In this document: positions 18,089 through 28,691 of the stretch, one piece after another
Layout of the letters: each line of letters starts with the position of its first letter
Position numbering within the stretch: position 1 is the first letter of the stretch
Source: a plasmid
Reading direction: 5' to 3' (one strand)
Sequence record: NZ_CP102504.1
DNA: 49,302 nt
The notes under the pieces: generated by a model
What the model was told of the DNA's origin: nothing
What the model saw: only the letters and a program-made list of their open reading frames with translations
Databases searched by the model: none
Translations under genes and position numbers: made by a program

Positions 18089-18496
18089 TTAGTCGTTAAA
18101 CTCGCCATCTCGCAGTTGGCGATTGCCTTCAACAATTTCCCACGCACGATTTAACCCTTCACGCATCAGATCGAAAGTACAGTCGCGGTCGTTAGAATAG
18201 GCACCGACAAAAATGATGTATTCCATTTCAGGTTCGCCGAACTCAGGCGAGCAGCCAAAGTTATGGAAAGCCGCCTGCCATTTGCCATTGTTCTCATTCG
18301 GCATGTGGAAAAGCTGCATTGGACGCTCATTAGGTGAGAATTCTACAAAGCTCGCTGAACTACCTGCGGATAAGCCTACTCTGGAATGCCCATCAAAAAA
18401 GTAATTATGGGCACATCTGATACCTTCCACATAGATCACCCGCCCATCTGGCAGCTTTTTCAGGACCAGGTACACTTCACGACGCTGAATACTCAT
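18089..18496 (-). CDS. Hypothetical cytoplasmic protein (cargo)
   Basis: 135 aa; no motif recognised. Confidence 0.45.
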   Translation of the reverse strand: MSIQRREVYLVLKKLPDGRVIYVEGIRCAHNYFFDGHSRVGLSAGSSASFVEFSPNERPMQLFHMPNENNGKWQAAFHNFGCSPEFGEPEMEYIIFVGAYSNDRDCTFDLMREGLNRAWEIVEGNRQLRDGEFND

Positions 18497-18567
18497 TTTT
18501 ATTCCTGTAGTTATGGGTAGCAGTGGAGAGTAAGAATGCCCCCAGCCGGTGCCAAGGCCAAAGAACT

Positions 18568-19110
18568 TTAGCCAGCCAGGGAAAGGGCTTCTGCGATGGC
18601 TCGGTTGAACTCGGGGATCGCCTCATCGTAAGACATTCCGCCGCAGGGATGCTTGACGCAAGCCCATGTTACCGGCAGTTCCGGTAAGTGATCCCACATC
18701 TGATAGCCCAACACCAAAATGACATCGGGCCTCAGCTCGGCCACCACTTCTTCAAGCACAGCAGCTGCATCACGCCACATAGCACGCGTGGGACGTATAC
18801 GGCCAGCATCGCCCACAAACTCCTGAACGTAGTTGTAGAAGGCTACATGCTGCCAGGCTTCACGCCGTTCCTCTGCGGTCGGCTCGTCAGTTGTGCCTCG
18901 TAGCAGATTGGTGGCTATCGTGAAAAAACGAAGCCCTGGCTGGAAAGCATGCTCGTTAATAACGTGCTGGGTAAAGTCAGGGGCGTAGTCTTCCGGTTCA
19001 CCATAGTGGGACTCACCCAACACCATAACGCGGACGCCGTAGCGGCTTGAGTGATAATGGTCACCCACCCAAGGCTGAAATTTCACGCTGGAATTAGTTG
19101 CTGTTTGCAT
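18568..19110 (-). CDS. Uracil-DNA-glycosylase-superfamily-like protein (family-4-like motifs, no Fe-S cysteines)
   Basis: VRVMVLGESHYGEPEDY parallels the family-4 UDG motif A (lMIVGEGPGEEED). ILVLGYQMW parallels the central beta-strand-LG. VKHPCGGMS parallels the HPS/HPA motif B. 180 aa. Confidence 0.4.
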   Translation of the reverse strand: MQTATNSSVKFQPWVGDHYHSSRYGVRVMVLGESHYGEPEDYAPDFTQHVINEHAFQPGLRFFTIATNLLRGTTDEPTAEERREAWQHVAFYNYVQEFVGDAGRIRPTRAMWRDAAAVLEEVVAELRPDVILVLGYQMWDHLPELPVTWACVKHPCGGMSYDEAIPEFNRAIAEALSLAG

Positions 19111-19543
19111 ACGTTACATTCTCACACTTTGCATCACTGATGGGCATGGACGCATTATAAATATCCTCAAGTGCCAACGTTACCTCGCTTTTGCGCAAGA
19201 TGGCGTCCCGCAGCATCGTCAATCGGAAGTTAGAGCCTTTCCAGTAATACTCTTTGTACTTGTCATCTGCGACGAAACCGCCTTCTCGATGGCGTTCATA
19301 CACGATAGGTGGCATGCCCCCTTTGTCGGACGGGTGAAGCTCCAGCCAACGCTCATATTTTCCGTTCTCGTAGATTGTCAGCCGCTGCGCTGGGTCGGTC
19401 AACTTACCCCCGTCCAGCACCCACCGGCACATCATTGACGCTATTTCTTTTGCTGCGGGATCTATGGTTGATGGGGTGCCAGCATTAGCCTGGTAGGCCA
19501 TAAGAAACGCCGCGGACATAATGAGTGTGTGGCGTAGTTTCAT
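19094..19543 (-). CDS. Secreted/periplasmic protein with a Sec signal peptide (cargo)
   Basis: MKLRHTLIMSAAFLMAYQANA|GT signal peptide. 149 aa. Overlaps the next gene by 17 nt. Confidence 0.5.
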   Translation of the reverse strand: MKLRHTLIMSAAFLMAYQANAGTPSTIDPAAKEIASMMCRWVLDGGKLTDPAQRLTIYENGKYERWLELHPSDKGGMPPIVYERHREGGFVADDKYKEYYWKGSNFRLTMLRDAILRKSEVTLALEDIYNASMPISDAKCENVTYANSN

Positions 19544-19553
19544 GAGAGATCCC

Positions 19554-20093
19554 TTAGTTCAGATTGCATCCAATGCGGAAGGCATTGCCGATTTCAGTGT
19601 ATTCAGCACGGCTTGCGCCCGTGAGCTTAGTGGCTTCACTGCTGAAGTGCGTATTGTCGCGGGTGCATTTTTCTGGCGTGGATTGCGCGCCTTTGAGGCA
19701 CATAGAGTACGCAACAGACGGATTAGCGAACTGGGTACGCTGGGCGTAGCCTTCGCACACAGCAGTTGCACGGGCCTGCTTCTGGCGAGCGGTCATCGGT
19801 TTGATTGCCTTACTATTGGCAGCCTTCAGCTTATAGCAGCTCAGATTACGCGAGCGGGCAGCTGCCTCTAGGGCTTTTGAGCGGCTAAGATTGTCGTTGT
19901 ATTCAGGATGGCTGGATGGGTTAACGTTCAGGCTCGGCTGTATCGCGTCAGATGCCTGGCAAAGTTGCTGATCGCTGTATCTGGCAATCTCCGCTGCCTC
20001 TATCGCGGCTTTGTCTGGCTGCGGGGCTTTGGGTGCGGGAGTAGCGCATCCTGCTAATGCCAGCGCCAATGAGGCGGCTAATAGTCGTTTCAT
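19554..20093 (-). CDS. Lipoprotein, first gene of the cargo operon
   Basis: MKRLLAASLALALAGC lipobox; 179 aa; several Cys in the mature part. The upstream region 20100-20300 carries spaced TATCGC direct repeats. Confidence 0.55.
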   Translation of the reverse strand: MKRLLAASLALALAGCATPAPKAPQPDKAAIEAAEIARYSDQQLCQASDAIQPSLNVNPSSHPEYNDNLSRSKALEAAARSRNLSCYKLKAANSKAIKPMTARQKQARATAVCEGYAQRTQFANPSVAYSMCLKGAQSTPEKCTRDNTHFSSEATKLTGASRAEYTEIGNAFRIGCNLN

Positions 20094-20471
20094 GGGTTCG
20101 AGTGTCCTGTATGCAAGTTGTAGAAGGGATCAGTTTGGAGATCGGAAATTATTGTACGTTCAGCGCGGTATTTAACCACTAATACCCGTAACGGATTGAT
20201 TTAGAGCCAGTGGCTATCGCTTTTAAATTATCGCCTAATCAGTATCGCATTTAGGTTATCCGATTAGCCAAAAACCGCGGAAAACGGCGTATAGCGCGGG
20301 AGTTCACCCTACTGCGATGATTTGGCCTGTTCAAAAAACAGGCTTACCGTACAATATTGTCCGTTTCCCAAACGGCCCCCTACTACGATGATATTGAAGG
20401 CGATGAGGAATAACGGAAGATCAAAGATCGTTGATCGATCCTCTGAAGATCCTGTACTCTCTTGCTCAGAA

Positions 20472-20502
20472 ACGAAAAAACCACCCGGCAAGGTGGTTTT
20501 TT
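20472..20502. terminator. Bidirectional rho-independent terminator; probably the original terminator of the traI-orf-orf operon before the insertion
   Basis: aaaaaaccacccggcaaggtggtttttt: a perfect stem flanked by A6 and T6. Confidence 0.65.
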
Positions 20503-21265
20503 CGAAGGTGATAAGAGCGTCAACTCTTTGCACCTGGTAACTGAATCCGAAGCAGGGAGAACAGTCACCGTTAAATTCAAATGTAGTGTAGCAGTCGTCA
20601 TGGCTGCAATTCAAGTCCCATCTCCCTGCTCGAATGACGTTACCGCATTGGCTGTTACCAATGGCGGCGATTTGCCGCGCCTGACGAACTGGAAATCGTG
20701 TGTTTGTCATAGTCAGGCGTAACGGCAGCGGGAGACGGGGAGTCTGGTTAAAACCCGCAGCGTTGGAGCGAACTGTCTAAGTCGAGCCGAGAACTTTAAG
20801 CGTGAGCTATGAGAAAGCGCCACGTTGCCCGAATGGGCTAAAGGCGGTCAGGTTTCGGTAAACGATATGACAGGAACACAGGACGTAACCAGGGGGAGCG
20901 ATGCCAACGAAAGGCGGCAGATCTCTAAGCTGTGTCGGGTTTCGCCTACTTCTGACTTGTAGCTTTTTTTTGAAGCTCGTCAGGAGGGGCGGAGCCTTTG
21001 GAAAAAGGCGACTTACGCCGCCTTTCATGCTTTTATCGCTCATAAATCGGTATTAGTAGCAGGACTACAACGGACATAGATTGAAGTCCTGTTATGGCAA
21101 AATGCATCCATCTATAGGAACTTGAACGATCTTTAGTCTCGTACACACCTCTTATCATTATCGGCTTTTGCATTAACATGATTATCAAAATACCGAGCAT
21201 ATTTGTAATGAAAGAGGTAAAAGCGGGTATACGGGGTCTGACGCTCAGTGGAACGAAAACTCACG

Positions 21266-24200
21266 TTAAGCAACGTTTTCTGCCTCTGACGCCTCTTTTA
21301 ATGGTCTCAGATGTCCTTTGGTCACCAGTTCTGCCAGCGTGAAGGAATAATGGCCGAGCATATTGATATGTCCGTGGCAAAGCGGGGAGAGGCGTGCGAT
21401 ATCTTCATCATTCAGTGTTTCACCCTGCGCCCGGAGATGATCCAGGGCTGCCTGCATATAAATAGTGTTCCATAACACGACGGCGTTAGTGACCAGCCCC
21501 AGTGTGCCCAGTTGATCTTCCTGACCGTCGGTATATCGTTTTCTTATCTCACCTTTTTGACCGTGACAGATGGCTCTGGCAACGGCATGGCGACTTTCTC
21601 CCCGATTAAGCTGGGTCAGAATGCGCCGGCGGTAATCTTCATCATCAATATAATTAAGCAGATACAGCGTTTTGTTGATGCGCCCCACTTCAATGATTGC
21701 CTGAGTCAGTCCGGAAGGACGTTCACTTTTCAGCAATGAACGGACCAGCACTGAAACCTGTACTTTGCCCAGCTTCAGGGAGCCAGCGGTCCGGATCATT
21801 TCGTCCCACTGAAGGACTATTTTTCGGGGATCTGATTGCCCTCTGGCAATATCATTCAGCACGCCATAGTCGGCATCATGGTCCATTCGCCAGAAAACCG
21901 AAGCACCGGCATCAGCCAGGCGTGGAGAAAACTGGTATCCCAGCAGCCAGAAAAGGCCAAAGACAAGTTCGCTGGCACCTGCTGTATCGGTCATAATTTC
22001 GGTTGGATTCAGCCCGGTCTCCTGTTCCAGAAGACCTTCCAGCACAAAGATAGAGTCCCTCAGCGTCCCCGGTATAACGATGCCATGAAAGCCGGAATAC
22101 TGATCGGACACAAAGTTGTACCAGGTGATCCCTCTGTTATTACCAAAGTATTTGCGGTTCGGTCCGGCATTGATTGTTCTGACTGGCGTAACAAAGCGCA
22201 TTCCATCTGCAGATGCCACTTCTCCTCCACCCCATATCTGTGCCAGTGGCAGCGTTGCCTGAAAATCAACCAGTCTGGCATTAGCGCTGGTGATAGTTTC
22301 AGCCCGCAGATAGTTCGCTTTTGTCCAGTTCAGCCGGTGTCGGGTCAGTGCAGGAACATTTGATCTGATCAGTGGTTCCAGACCGATATTGCAGGCTTCA
22401 GCCATCAGCACGGCGCTGATGCTGACGGGCAGATCATCAACTCTGGCACTGGCTTCACTAGCATGGAAAAACTCATCAGCAAATCCGGTATGGGCGTTAA
22501 TTTCGAGCAGCAACTCCGTTAAATCCACCGGAGGGAGTAGATCACTGATCATTTTGCTCAGTCGTTTCAGACTGTCCGGCTCATCAAGACTGGCGAGGGG
22601 AGAAATTGTCAACCGGGGCTTCGGGCCAGAAACATCGAGTTCGACAGCCTCATTTTCGCAAAGACGTGCAGCAACCTGTCTGTAACGACTATCAAGCTGA
22701 TGACCCAGAGATTTTATTGCTTCCTGCGGGTCTGTCGGGTGCCCCAAAGAACGATAAACCTTAATCCGGTTTGCCTGCCAGTCAGCACCCTGTAGTAATC
22801 TTGCACGAGGATCTCCCCACCGGTTACTGCCGGTAACGTAGACATCCCTCCGCCTCAGACTATCCTGCAGTTTACTGAGAAAGCAGAGCGTGTATCCCCT
22901 GCGGGTGATATGTTTTTCCTTGTTAATCACCAGCCGTTTCCATGACCGACTGATAATTTCCGTTGGTGCGTCGTCAAAAAACTGCCGCCGTGAGCTGAAC
23001 TCCCGGCTGAGGTAGTCACAGGCATTCAGAGTGGTAACCCCGGCAGGTGCGGATGAAAATTTAACGGTATTCAGCAGATGGGGCAGGAAACGACGAACGC
23101 GCCCGTACTGCTCCACCATTTCTTCATGAAAATTATCGTCTGAGGGCCGGGCAATTTCACGGACAAGCGTGATGATTTCAGCCAGCTTTTGCCTTGGGAT
23201 GTAGCTGAACACCTCAGCACGAATCGATTCGTCCGGTGTTTCTTCTTTCAGCAGGTACGAACATGCGCTGGCGAGCGCCAATGCAGATTTATCCAGATCC
23301 TTCAGCGAGCGGAGCCGTTTTTTCTGCCCAATCTTTCTGGCGTCACGGATGATAACGGCCAGCATGGCGTCCAGAACGTCCAATGCATCATCCAGCGCCA
23401 GCGTTTCCCATGCAAGGACAAAGGCAACCAGAACCGCCATCCTTTTCTGCGGTGACATCCTGGCAATATTGAACACCGAAGTCATACCAGCATAACGTGC
23501 GAGATTTTTCAGGCGCACAGCCGGGAGTGTACTCAGGTTTTCAGCATGCAGGCCAAAATCGTTCAGAGTTTTCCAGCGTTCAATTGCTTCATTAAACGCC
23601 GGACCACTGATGGTCACAGGGCCCTTTTTCAGTGATTCCAGTAAAGACAGGCGGCTGCAATCAGTTGGCCCCAGCAGCATCTCCAGCTGTGAACGCTGTT
23701 CGGCTGACGGTATCAGTGCCAGTTTGTTCCACAGGCGCAACGTCGCCTTTTCCCTTACCTCTGAAATCAACCGGGTCAGCGTAGTGGCTCCGGGGAGAAT
23801 AATACGATGTTGCATAAGCCACCCTGTCGCCAGATCGAAAAGCAGGCCAGGACGTTCGTTGCTTATCCAGCTCCGGGTATATAAAAGACGGGTAAGGCGA
23901 AATGTCCAGGGCCAGGCAAATTCACGATACTGATAGTGCTGACGTATCAGCGCTGCATGCTCACGGCGGGTATTTTCCCTCTGACCGTATTCTGCAAGAA
24001 CGGTGATATCACGAATCCCGAGCTGTCTGGCGGTAAAATGCCGGACGCCGGAAGGAATATGATTCATATCGGTGAGGAAGGTGCCCAGAAAACGGACACA
24101 TCCAATTTGCAGGGCAATGCCCAGACGGTTGTGATCACCTCTGCTTTTTCCGATAAATTCCTTGTCTGCTTCATCAAGGTGAAAATATCGTGCCAGCTGA

Positions 24201-24271
24201 AGCTCATCCGGTTCACCGGTGAATCTGCCATAGCTTTCAGTCTGCTCAGTGGTCAGAAAGTCAACGGGCAT
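21266..24271 (-). CDS. tnpA: Tn3 transposase
   Basis: 1001 aa; MPVDFLTTEQTESYGRFTGEPDELQLARYFHLDEADKEF... recognised as Tn3 TnpA. Confidence 0.95.
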   Translation of the reverse strand: MPVDFLTTEQTESYGRFTGEPDELQLARYFHLDEADKEFIGKSRGDHNRLGIALQIGCVRFLGTFLTDMNHIPSGVRHFTARQLGIRDITVLAEYGQRENTRREHAALIRQHYQYREFAWPWTFRLTRLLYTRSWISNERPGLLFDLATGWLMQHRIILPGATTLTRLISEVREKATLRLWNKLALIPSAEQRSQLEMLLGPTDCSRLSLLESLKKGPVTISGPAFNEAIERWKTLNDFGLHAENLSTLPAVRLKNLARYAGMTSVFNIARMSPQKRMAVLVAFVLAWETLALDDALDVLDAMLAVIIRDARKIGQKKRLRSLKDLDKSALALASACSYLLKEETPDESIRAEVFSYIPRQKLAEIITLVREIARPSDDNFHEEMVEQYGRVRRFLPHLLNTVKFSSAPAGVTTLNACDYLSREFSSRRQFFDDAPTEIISRSWKRLVINKEKHITRRGYTLCFLSKLQDSLRRRDVYVTGSNRWGDPRARLLQGADWQANRIKVYRSLGHPTDPQEAIKSLGHQLDSRYRQVAARLCENEAVELDVSGPKPRLTISPLASLDEPDSLKRLSKMISDLLPPVDLTELLLEINAHTGFADEFFHASEASARVDDLPVSISAVLMAEACNIGLEPLIRSNVPALTRHRLNWTKANYLRAETITSANARLVDFQATLPLAQIWGGGEVASADGMRFVTPVRTINAGPNRKYFGNNRGITWYNFVSDQYSGFHGIVIPGTLRDSIFVLEGLLEQETGLNPTEIMTDTAGASELVFGLFWLLGYQFSPRLADAGASVFWRMDHDADYGVLNDIARGQSDPRKIVLQWDEMIRTAGSLKLGKVQVSVLVRSLLKSERPSGLTQAIIEVGRINKTLYLLNYIDDEDYRRRILTQLNRGESRHAVARAICHGQKGEIRKRYTDGQEDQLGTLGLVTNAVVLWNTIYMQAALDHLRAQGETLNDEDIARLSPLCHGHINMLGHYSFTLAELVTKGHLRPLKEASEAENVA

Positions 24272-24991
<720 letters not shown>

Positions 24992-25009
24992 TACGCCTAT
25001 TTTTATAGG

Positions 25010-26089
25010 TGTCTGGACTCGTGGGATCATGTACCCATGCGTAGCTGGCCGCTCTTCAAGGCCAGACACGTTTTGCGTACACTGTTCCAATCCGACTCTT
25101 CACTGGCAACTCGATGACCCAGGCACTGCACAGCCAAGCCCGTACTACCCACCTGATCCGTGAGGAAATCAGGAACTCGACGCTCCCGCAGGCCGAACTG
25201 GCCAGGATGTACAACGTCACCCGCCAAACCATCCGAAAGTGGCAAAACCGCGAGTCTCCTGAAGACAAGTCGCATGCGCCGAACAAGATGTACACGACGC
25301 TCACGCCCGAGCAGGAGCTCATCGTGGTGGAGCTGCGCAAGACGTTGCTGCTGCCCACGGACGACCTGCTGGCGGTCACGCGCGAGTTCATCAATCCAGC
25401 CGTCTCGCGTGCCGGCCTGGGACGTTGCCTGCGCCGCCACGGTGTCTCGGATCTACGTAACCTGGTCGAGCAGGAAGGCACTGCGCCCGCCACGAAAAAG
25501 ACCTTCAAGGACTACGAGCCGGGCTTTGTGCACATCGACATCAAGTACCTGCCGCAGATGCCCGACGAGACGGCAAGGCGCTATCTCTTCGTTGCCATCG
25601 ACCGTGCTACGCGCTGGGTCTTCATCGAGCTCTATGCCGACCAGACCGATGGCAGCAGTGGCGACTTCCTCAACAAAGTCCAGCAAGCCTGTCCCGTCAA
25701 GATCGTCAAGCTTCTGACCGACAACGGCAGCCAGTTCACCGACCGCTTCACGGCTGGCGGCAAGAAGAAGGAACCCAGCGGCACACACGTGTTCGACCGC
25801 CTGTGCAAGCAGCTCGGCATCGAGCACCGGCTCATCCCGCCTCGTCATCCGCAGACCAACGGCATGGTGGAGCGCTTCAACGGTCGTATCAGCGACATCG
25901 TCAACCAGACCCGTTTTGGTTCAGCTGCCGAACTGGAATCGACGCTGCGCAATTACGTCAAGATCTACAACCACAGCATTCCGCAACGCGCGCTCCAACA
26001 CAAAACACCCGTTCAGGCGCTCAAGGAATGGCATGAAAAACGCCCTGAATTGTTCAGGAAACGCGTGTATAACCAGCCGGGTCTTGACA
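25010..26089 (+). mobile_element. IS481-family IS (ISKpn27/ISKpn8-like) inserted at the start of the Tn3 bla promoter region, with a 6-bp TSD TATAGG
   Basis: Ends TGTCTGGACTCG... and ...CGGGTCTTGACA are imperfect IRs. TATAGG lies at 25004-25009 and 26090-26095. The Tn3 sequence tttttatagg|ttaatgtcatgataataatg is interrupted exactly here. Confidence 0.7.
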
Positions 26090-26094
26090 TATAG
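25114..26094 (+). CDS. tnpA: IS481-family (ISKpn27-like) transposase
   Basis: 326 aa with an N-terminal HTH (ARMYNVTRQTIRKWQ). Always found upstream of blaKPC-2 in this type of context. The stop codon uses flanking bases. Confidence 0.85.
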   Translation: MTQALHSQARTTHLIREEIRNSTLPQAELARMYNVTRQTIRKWQNRESPEDKSHAPNKMYTTLTPEQELIVVELRKTLLLPTDDLLAVTREFINPAVSRAGLGRCLRRHGVSDLRNLVEQEGTAPATKKTFKDYEPGFVHIDIKYLPQMPDETARRYLFVAIDRATRWVFIELYADQTDGSSGDFLNKVQQACPVKIVKLLTDNGSQFTDRFTAGGKKKEPSGTHVFDRLCKQLGIEHRLIPPRHPQTNGMVERFNGRISDIVNQTRFGSAAELESTLRNYVKIYNHSIPQRALQHKTPVQALKEWHEKRPELFRKRVYNQPGLDI

Positions 26095-26245
26095 GTTAAT
26101 GTCATGATAATAATGATCTCATGACCAAAATCCCTTAACGTGAGTTTTCGTTCCACTGAGCGTCAGACCCCTAATCCCAGCTGTAGCGGCCTGATTACAT
26201 CCGGCCGCTACACCTAGCTCCACCTTCAAACAAGGAATATCGTTG

Positions 26246-27127
26246 ATGTCACTGTATCGCCGTCTAGTTCTGCTGTCTTGTCTCTCATGGCCGCTGGCTG
26301 GCTTTTCTGCCACCGCGCTGACCAACCTCGTCGCGGAACCATTCGCTAAACTCGAACAGGACTTTGGCGGCTCCATCGGTGTGTACGCGATGGATACCGG
26401 CTCAGGCGCAACTGTAAGTTACCGCGCTGAGGAGCGCTTCCCACTGTGCAGCTCATTCAAGGGCTTTCTTGCTGCCGCTGTGCTGGCTCGCAGCCAGCAG
26501 CAGGCCGGCTTGCTGGACACACCCATCCGTTACGGCAAAAATGCGCTGGTTCCGTGGTCACCCATCTCGGAAAAATATCTGACAACAGGCATGACGGTGG
26601 CGGAGCTGTCCGCGGCCGCCGTGCAATACAGTGATAACGCCGCCGCCAATTTGTTGCTGAAGGAGTTGGGCGGCCCGGCCGGGCTGACGGCCTTCATGCG
26701 CTCTATCGGCGATACCACGTTCCGTCTGGACCGCTGGGAGCTGGAGCTGAACTCCGCCATCCCAGGCGATGCGCGCGATACCTCATCGCCGCGCGCCGTG
26801 ACGGAAAGCTTACAAAAACTGACACTGGGCTCTGCACTGGCTGCGCCGCAGCGGCAGCAGTTTGTTGATTGGCTAAAGGGAAACACGACCGGCAACCACC
26901 GCATCCGCGCGGCGGTGCCGGCAGACTGGGCAGTCGGAGACAAAACCGGAACCTGCGGAGTGTATGGCACGGCAAATGACTATGCCGTCGTCTGGCCCAC
27001 TGGGCGCGCACCTATTGTGTTGGCCGTCTACACCCGGGCGCCTAACAAGGATGACAAGCACAGCGAGGCCGTCATCGCCGCTGCGGCTAGACTCGCGCTC
27101 GAGGGATTGGGCGTCAACGGGCAGTAA
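26246..27127 (+). CDS. blaKPC-2: KPC class A carbapenemase, KPC-2 allele by eye (His272 present, not the KPC-3 Tyr)
   Basis: [91 protein letters not shown]...KDDKHSEAV...GVNGQ. The upstream sequence ctagctccaccttcaaacaaggaatatcgttgatg is the usual Tn4401-derived blaKPC upstream region. Confidence 0.93.
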
Positions 27128-27249
27128 GGCTCTGAAAATCATCTATTGGCCCACCACCGCCGCCCTTGCGGGCGGCATGGATTACCAACCACTGTCACAT
27201 TTAGGCTAGGAGTCTGCGCGGCAGAGCCGTGTGACCGGTTTTCTGTAGA

Positions 27250-28440
27250 GCACTGACGATGGCGGCGGCGCTCTCTGCAATTGGCAAGGCGTCGGCGCCA
27301 AGGATACCAATCTTGCGGCGCGCGGCGTGTTATGACGACTGGGGTGCATTTGAGCCGCCCCATTTAACCTTCGCCCTCACAGATACGCCATTCGCCTCAG
27401 ATTTAGCGCCATGCAGACGAGCTTCCACTCGGCTTGCACCTTGTCCAGGCCCCTCATGCTGAACTGACGCAATCCCATCACCGCCTTGATCCAACCATTC
27501 GGAGCCTCCACGATCGACTTGCGCCGGCGGTAAGCTGCATCGCCTTGCTCCGTTTTCAATTTCGCCGCAATCGCCGCCGTATGCGGATGGGTCTTGGCAT
27601 TGACCTTGGCATCTTCACGTCCCTCGCGGCCGAGGGCAACGATGACATCGCCGTGGTGATCGGCGACCTTTGCCAGAACAGCCTCACTACGGAATCCCGC
27701 ATCCGCCAGCGTCTGGGCCGGCATTTCTCCGGTGTTGGCCTGAACTGCTGCCAGCATGCCCAGCAGCGCCTGACTGTCCGCGGCGCAGTTGGTCAACTCC
27801 GCCGCCACGATGATCTGGTGCTCGGCATCGACCGCTGTGTACCCGTTGTAGCTCTGCTCGGAGCCACCACCGGCGTGTTTCATGATCCGGCTGTCCGGAT
27901 CGGTGAAGCTTTCCTGATCACGGTCATCCGGCACACCAAACTCGCGTTTGTACGAGCCACCGCCCTTGTCCGAGCCATCCGGATGGCGAGGCCGGCGGCC
28001 ATCGTCTTCGCTGCGCCCCCGGGCCTGGTCCGCTTCACGCTGGCGCGCTTCCAGGCGCGCCTTTGCCGCCTGGATCGCCTCCAGGCGCTTCTCGCGGCGA
28101 GAAATCTCGGCAGGAATGTCCAGCTCCGGCTCGTTACGCTCCTGGTCGTCGGTAGCCTTGGCGCGATCAAGCAGCGCCTTGATCTCGCAATGCAATTCGT
28201 CCTCGGCCGGCTTCATGCGCTTATAGCTCATCGCCTTGTGGTCGCCATGTTTGGCGGCTTCGTATTCAGGTTCTTTAGAGAGATCCTTTAGATCGCCGTT
28301 CCTCACTACTGCCGGGAAGTCTCCCCAGGGAGCACGTTCGGCCTTATGTTCGGTCATGGTTTCAATCCCGGTCAGCGTCCCATATAGCCCCGAAACCTGC
28401 CAGGTGGGCCAAGATAGACCAGGCACCATAAGCAATAGGG
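27250..28440 (-). mobile_element. Truncated ISKpn6 (IS1182 family) remnant downstream of blaKPC
   Basis: A transposase ORF fragment on the minus strand, truncated at its 5' end next to korC. Boundaries approximate. Confidence 0.5.
27377..28435 (-). pseudogene. tnpA: 5'-truncated ISKpn6 transposase
   Basis: 352-aa ORF. Full ISKpn6 TnpA is longer (439 aa, recalled from memory). Typical blaKPC-deltaISKpn6 arrangement. Confidence 0.6.
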
Positions 28441-28673
28441 CTAGGGTTGGTTTTGCTCACCCAACGCCTGAAGGTTCGGGTTCCCTTTCCGCTGCCTCTC
28501 TCACCAGGCAAACCAACGAGATCAGCGACATCAACGCCACTGAGAGGCTTACTAAGCCCTTTTCGTTGCCTAATCAGCTCCAACACCTCTTTGATTTCAT
28601 CGGCGGTTGGAGCCTGCCAATCTTCAGCGAACGGCCTAAGCGTTTCAGGTCTAATCATGCGATAAATCCTCAA
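28362..28673 (-). CDS. korC: KorC-like transcriptional repressor
   Basis: 103-aa ORF with an HTH-like segment. Occupies the korC position of the korC-klcA module seen downstream of blaKPC-2 in non-Tn4401 contexts. Length and identity not verified. Confidence 0.5.
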   Translation of the reverse strand: MRIYRMIRPETLRPFAEDWQAPTADEIKEVLELIRQRKGLSKPLSGVDVADLVGLPGERGSGKGTRTFRRWVSKTNPSPIAYGAWSILAHLAGFGAIWDADRD

Positions 28674-28691
28674 ATAGCCCCGGTCAATGCC

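Larger units (their letters stand above)
17783..20380. mobile_element. Tn3-family-derived non-autonomous element (no transposase) with 75-bp terminal inverted repeats and a 5-bp TSD TACTA; carries a five-gene cargo operon
   Basis: Left IR 17783-17857 and right IR 20306-20380 are reverse complements with 3 mismatches over 75 bp. The outer 38 bp GGGGTCCGTTTGGGAAACGGACAATATTGTACGGCAAG has the Tn3-family signature (GGGG...ACGnnAAG). TACTA lies directly outside both ends, at 17778-17782 and 20381-20385. Confidence 0.65.

Noticed and set aside
20309-20710. 133-aa minus-strand ORF rich in Cys
   Set aside because: - Reads straight through a perfect bidirectional terminator and into the 75-bp IR.
- The N-terminal 70 codons could be real, but no stop precedes the terminator.
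21512-23933. Several 75-175-aa ORFs antisense to Tn3 tnpA; similarly 30396-31715 antisense to the second tnpA
   Set aside because: - Embedded antisense in a long, well-supported transposase gene.
25056-25848. Alternative-frame ORFs (150-185 aa) overlapping the ISKpn27-like transposase
   Set aside because: - Arg/Ser/Pro-rich out-of-frame translations of the transposase gene.
27434-28291. 285-aa ORF antisense to the ISKpn6 transposase fragment
   Set aside because: - Antisense frame of a recognised transposase; low-complexity Arg/Leu-rich.
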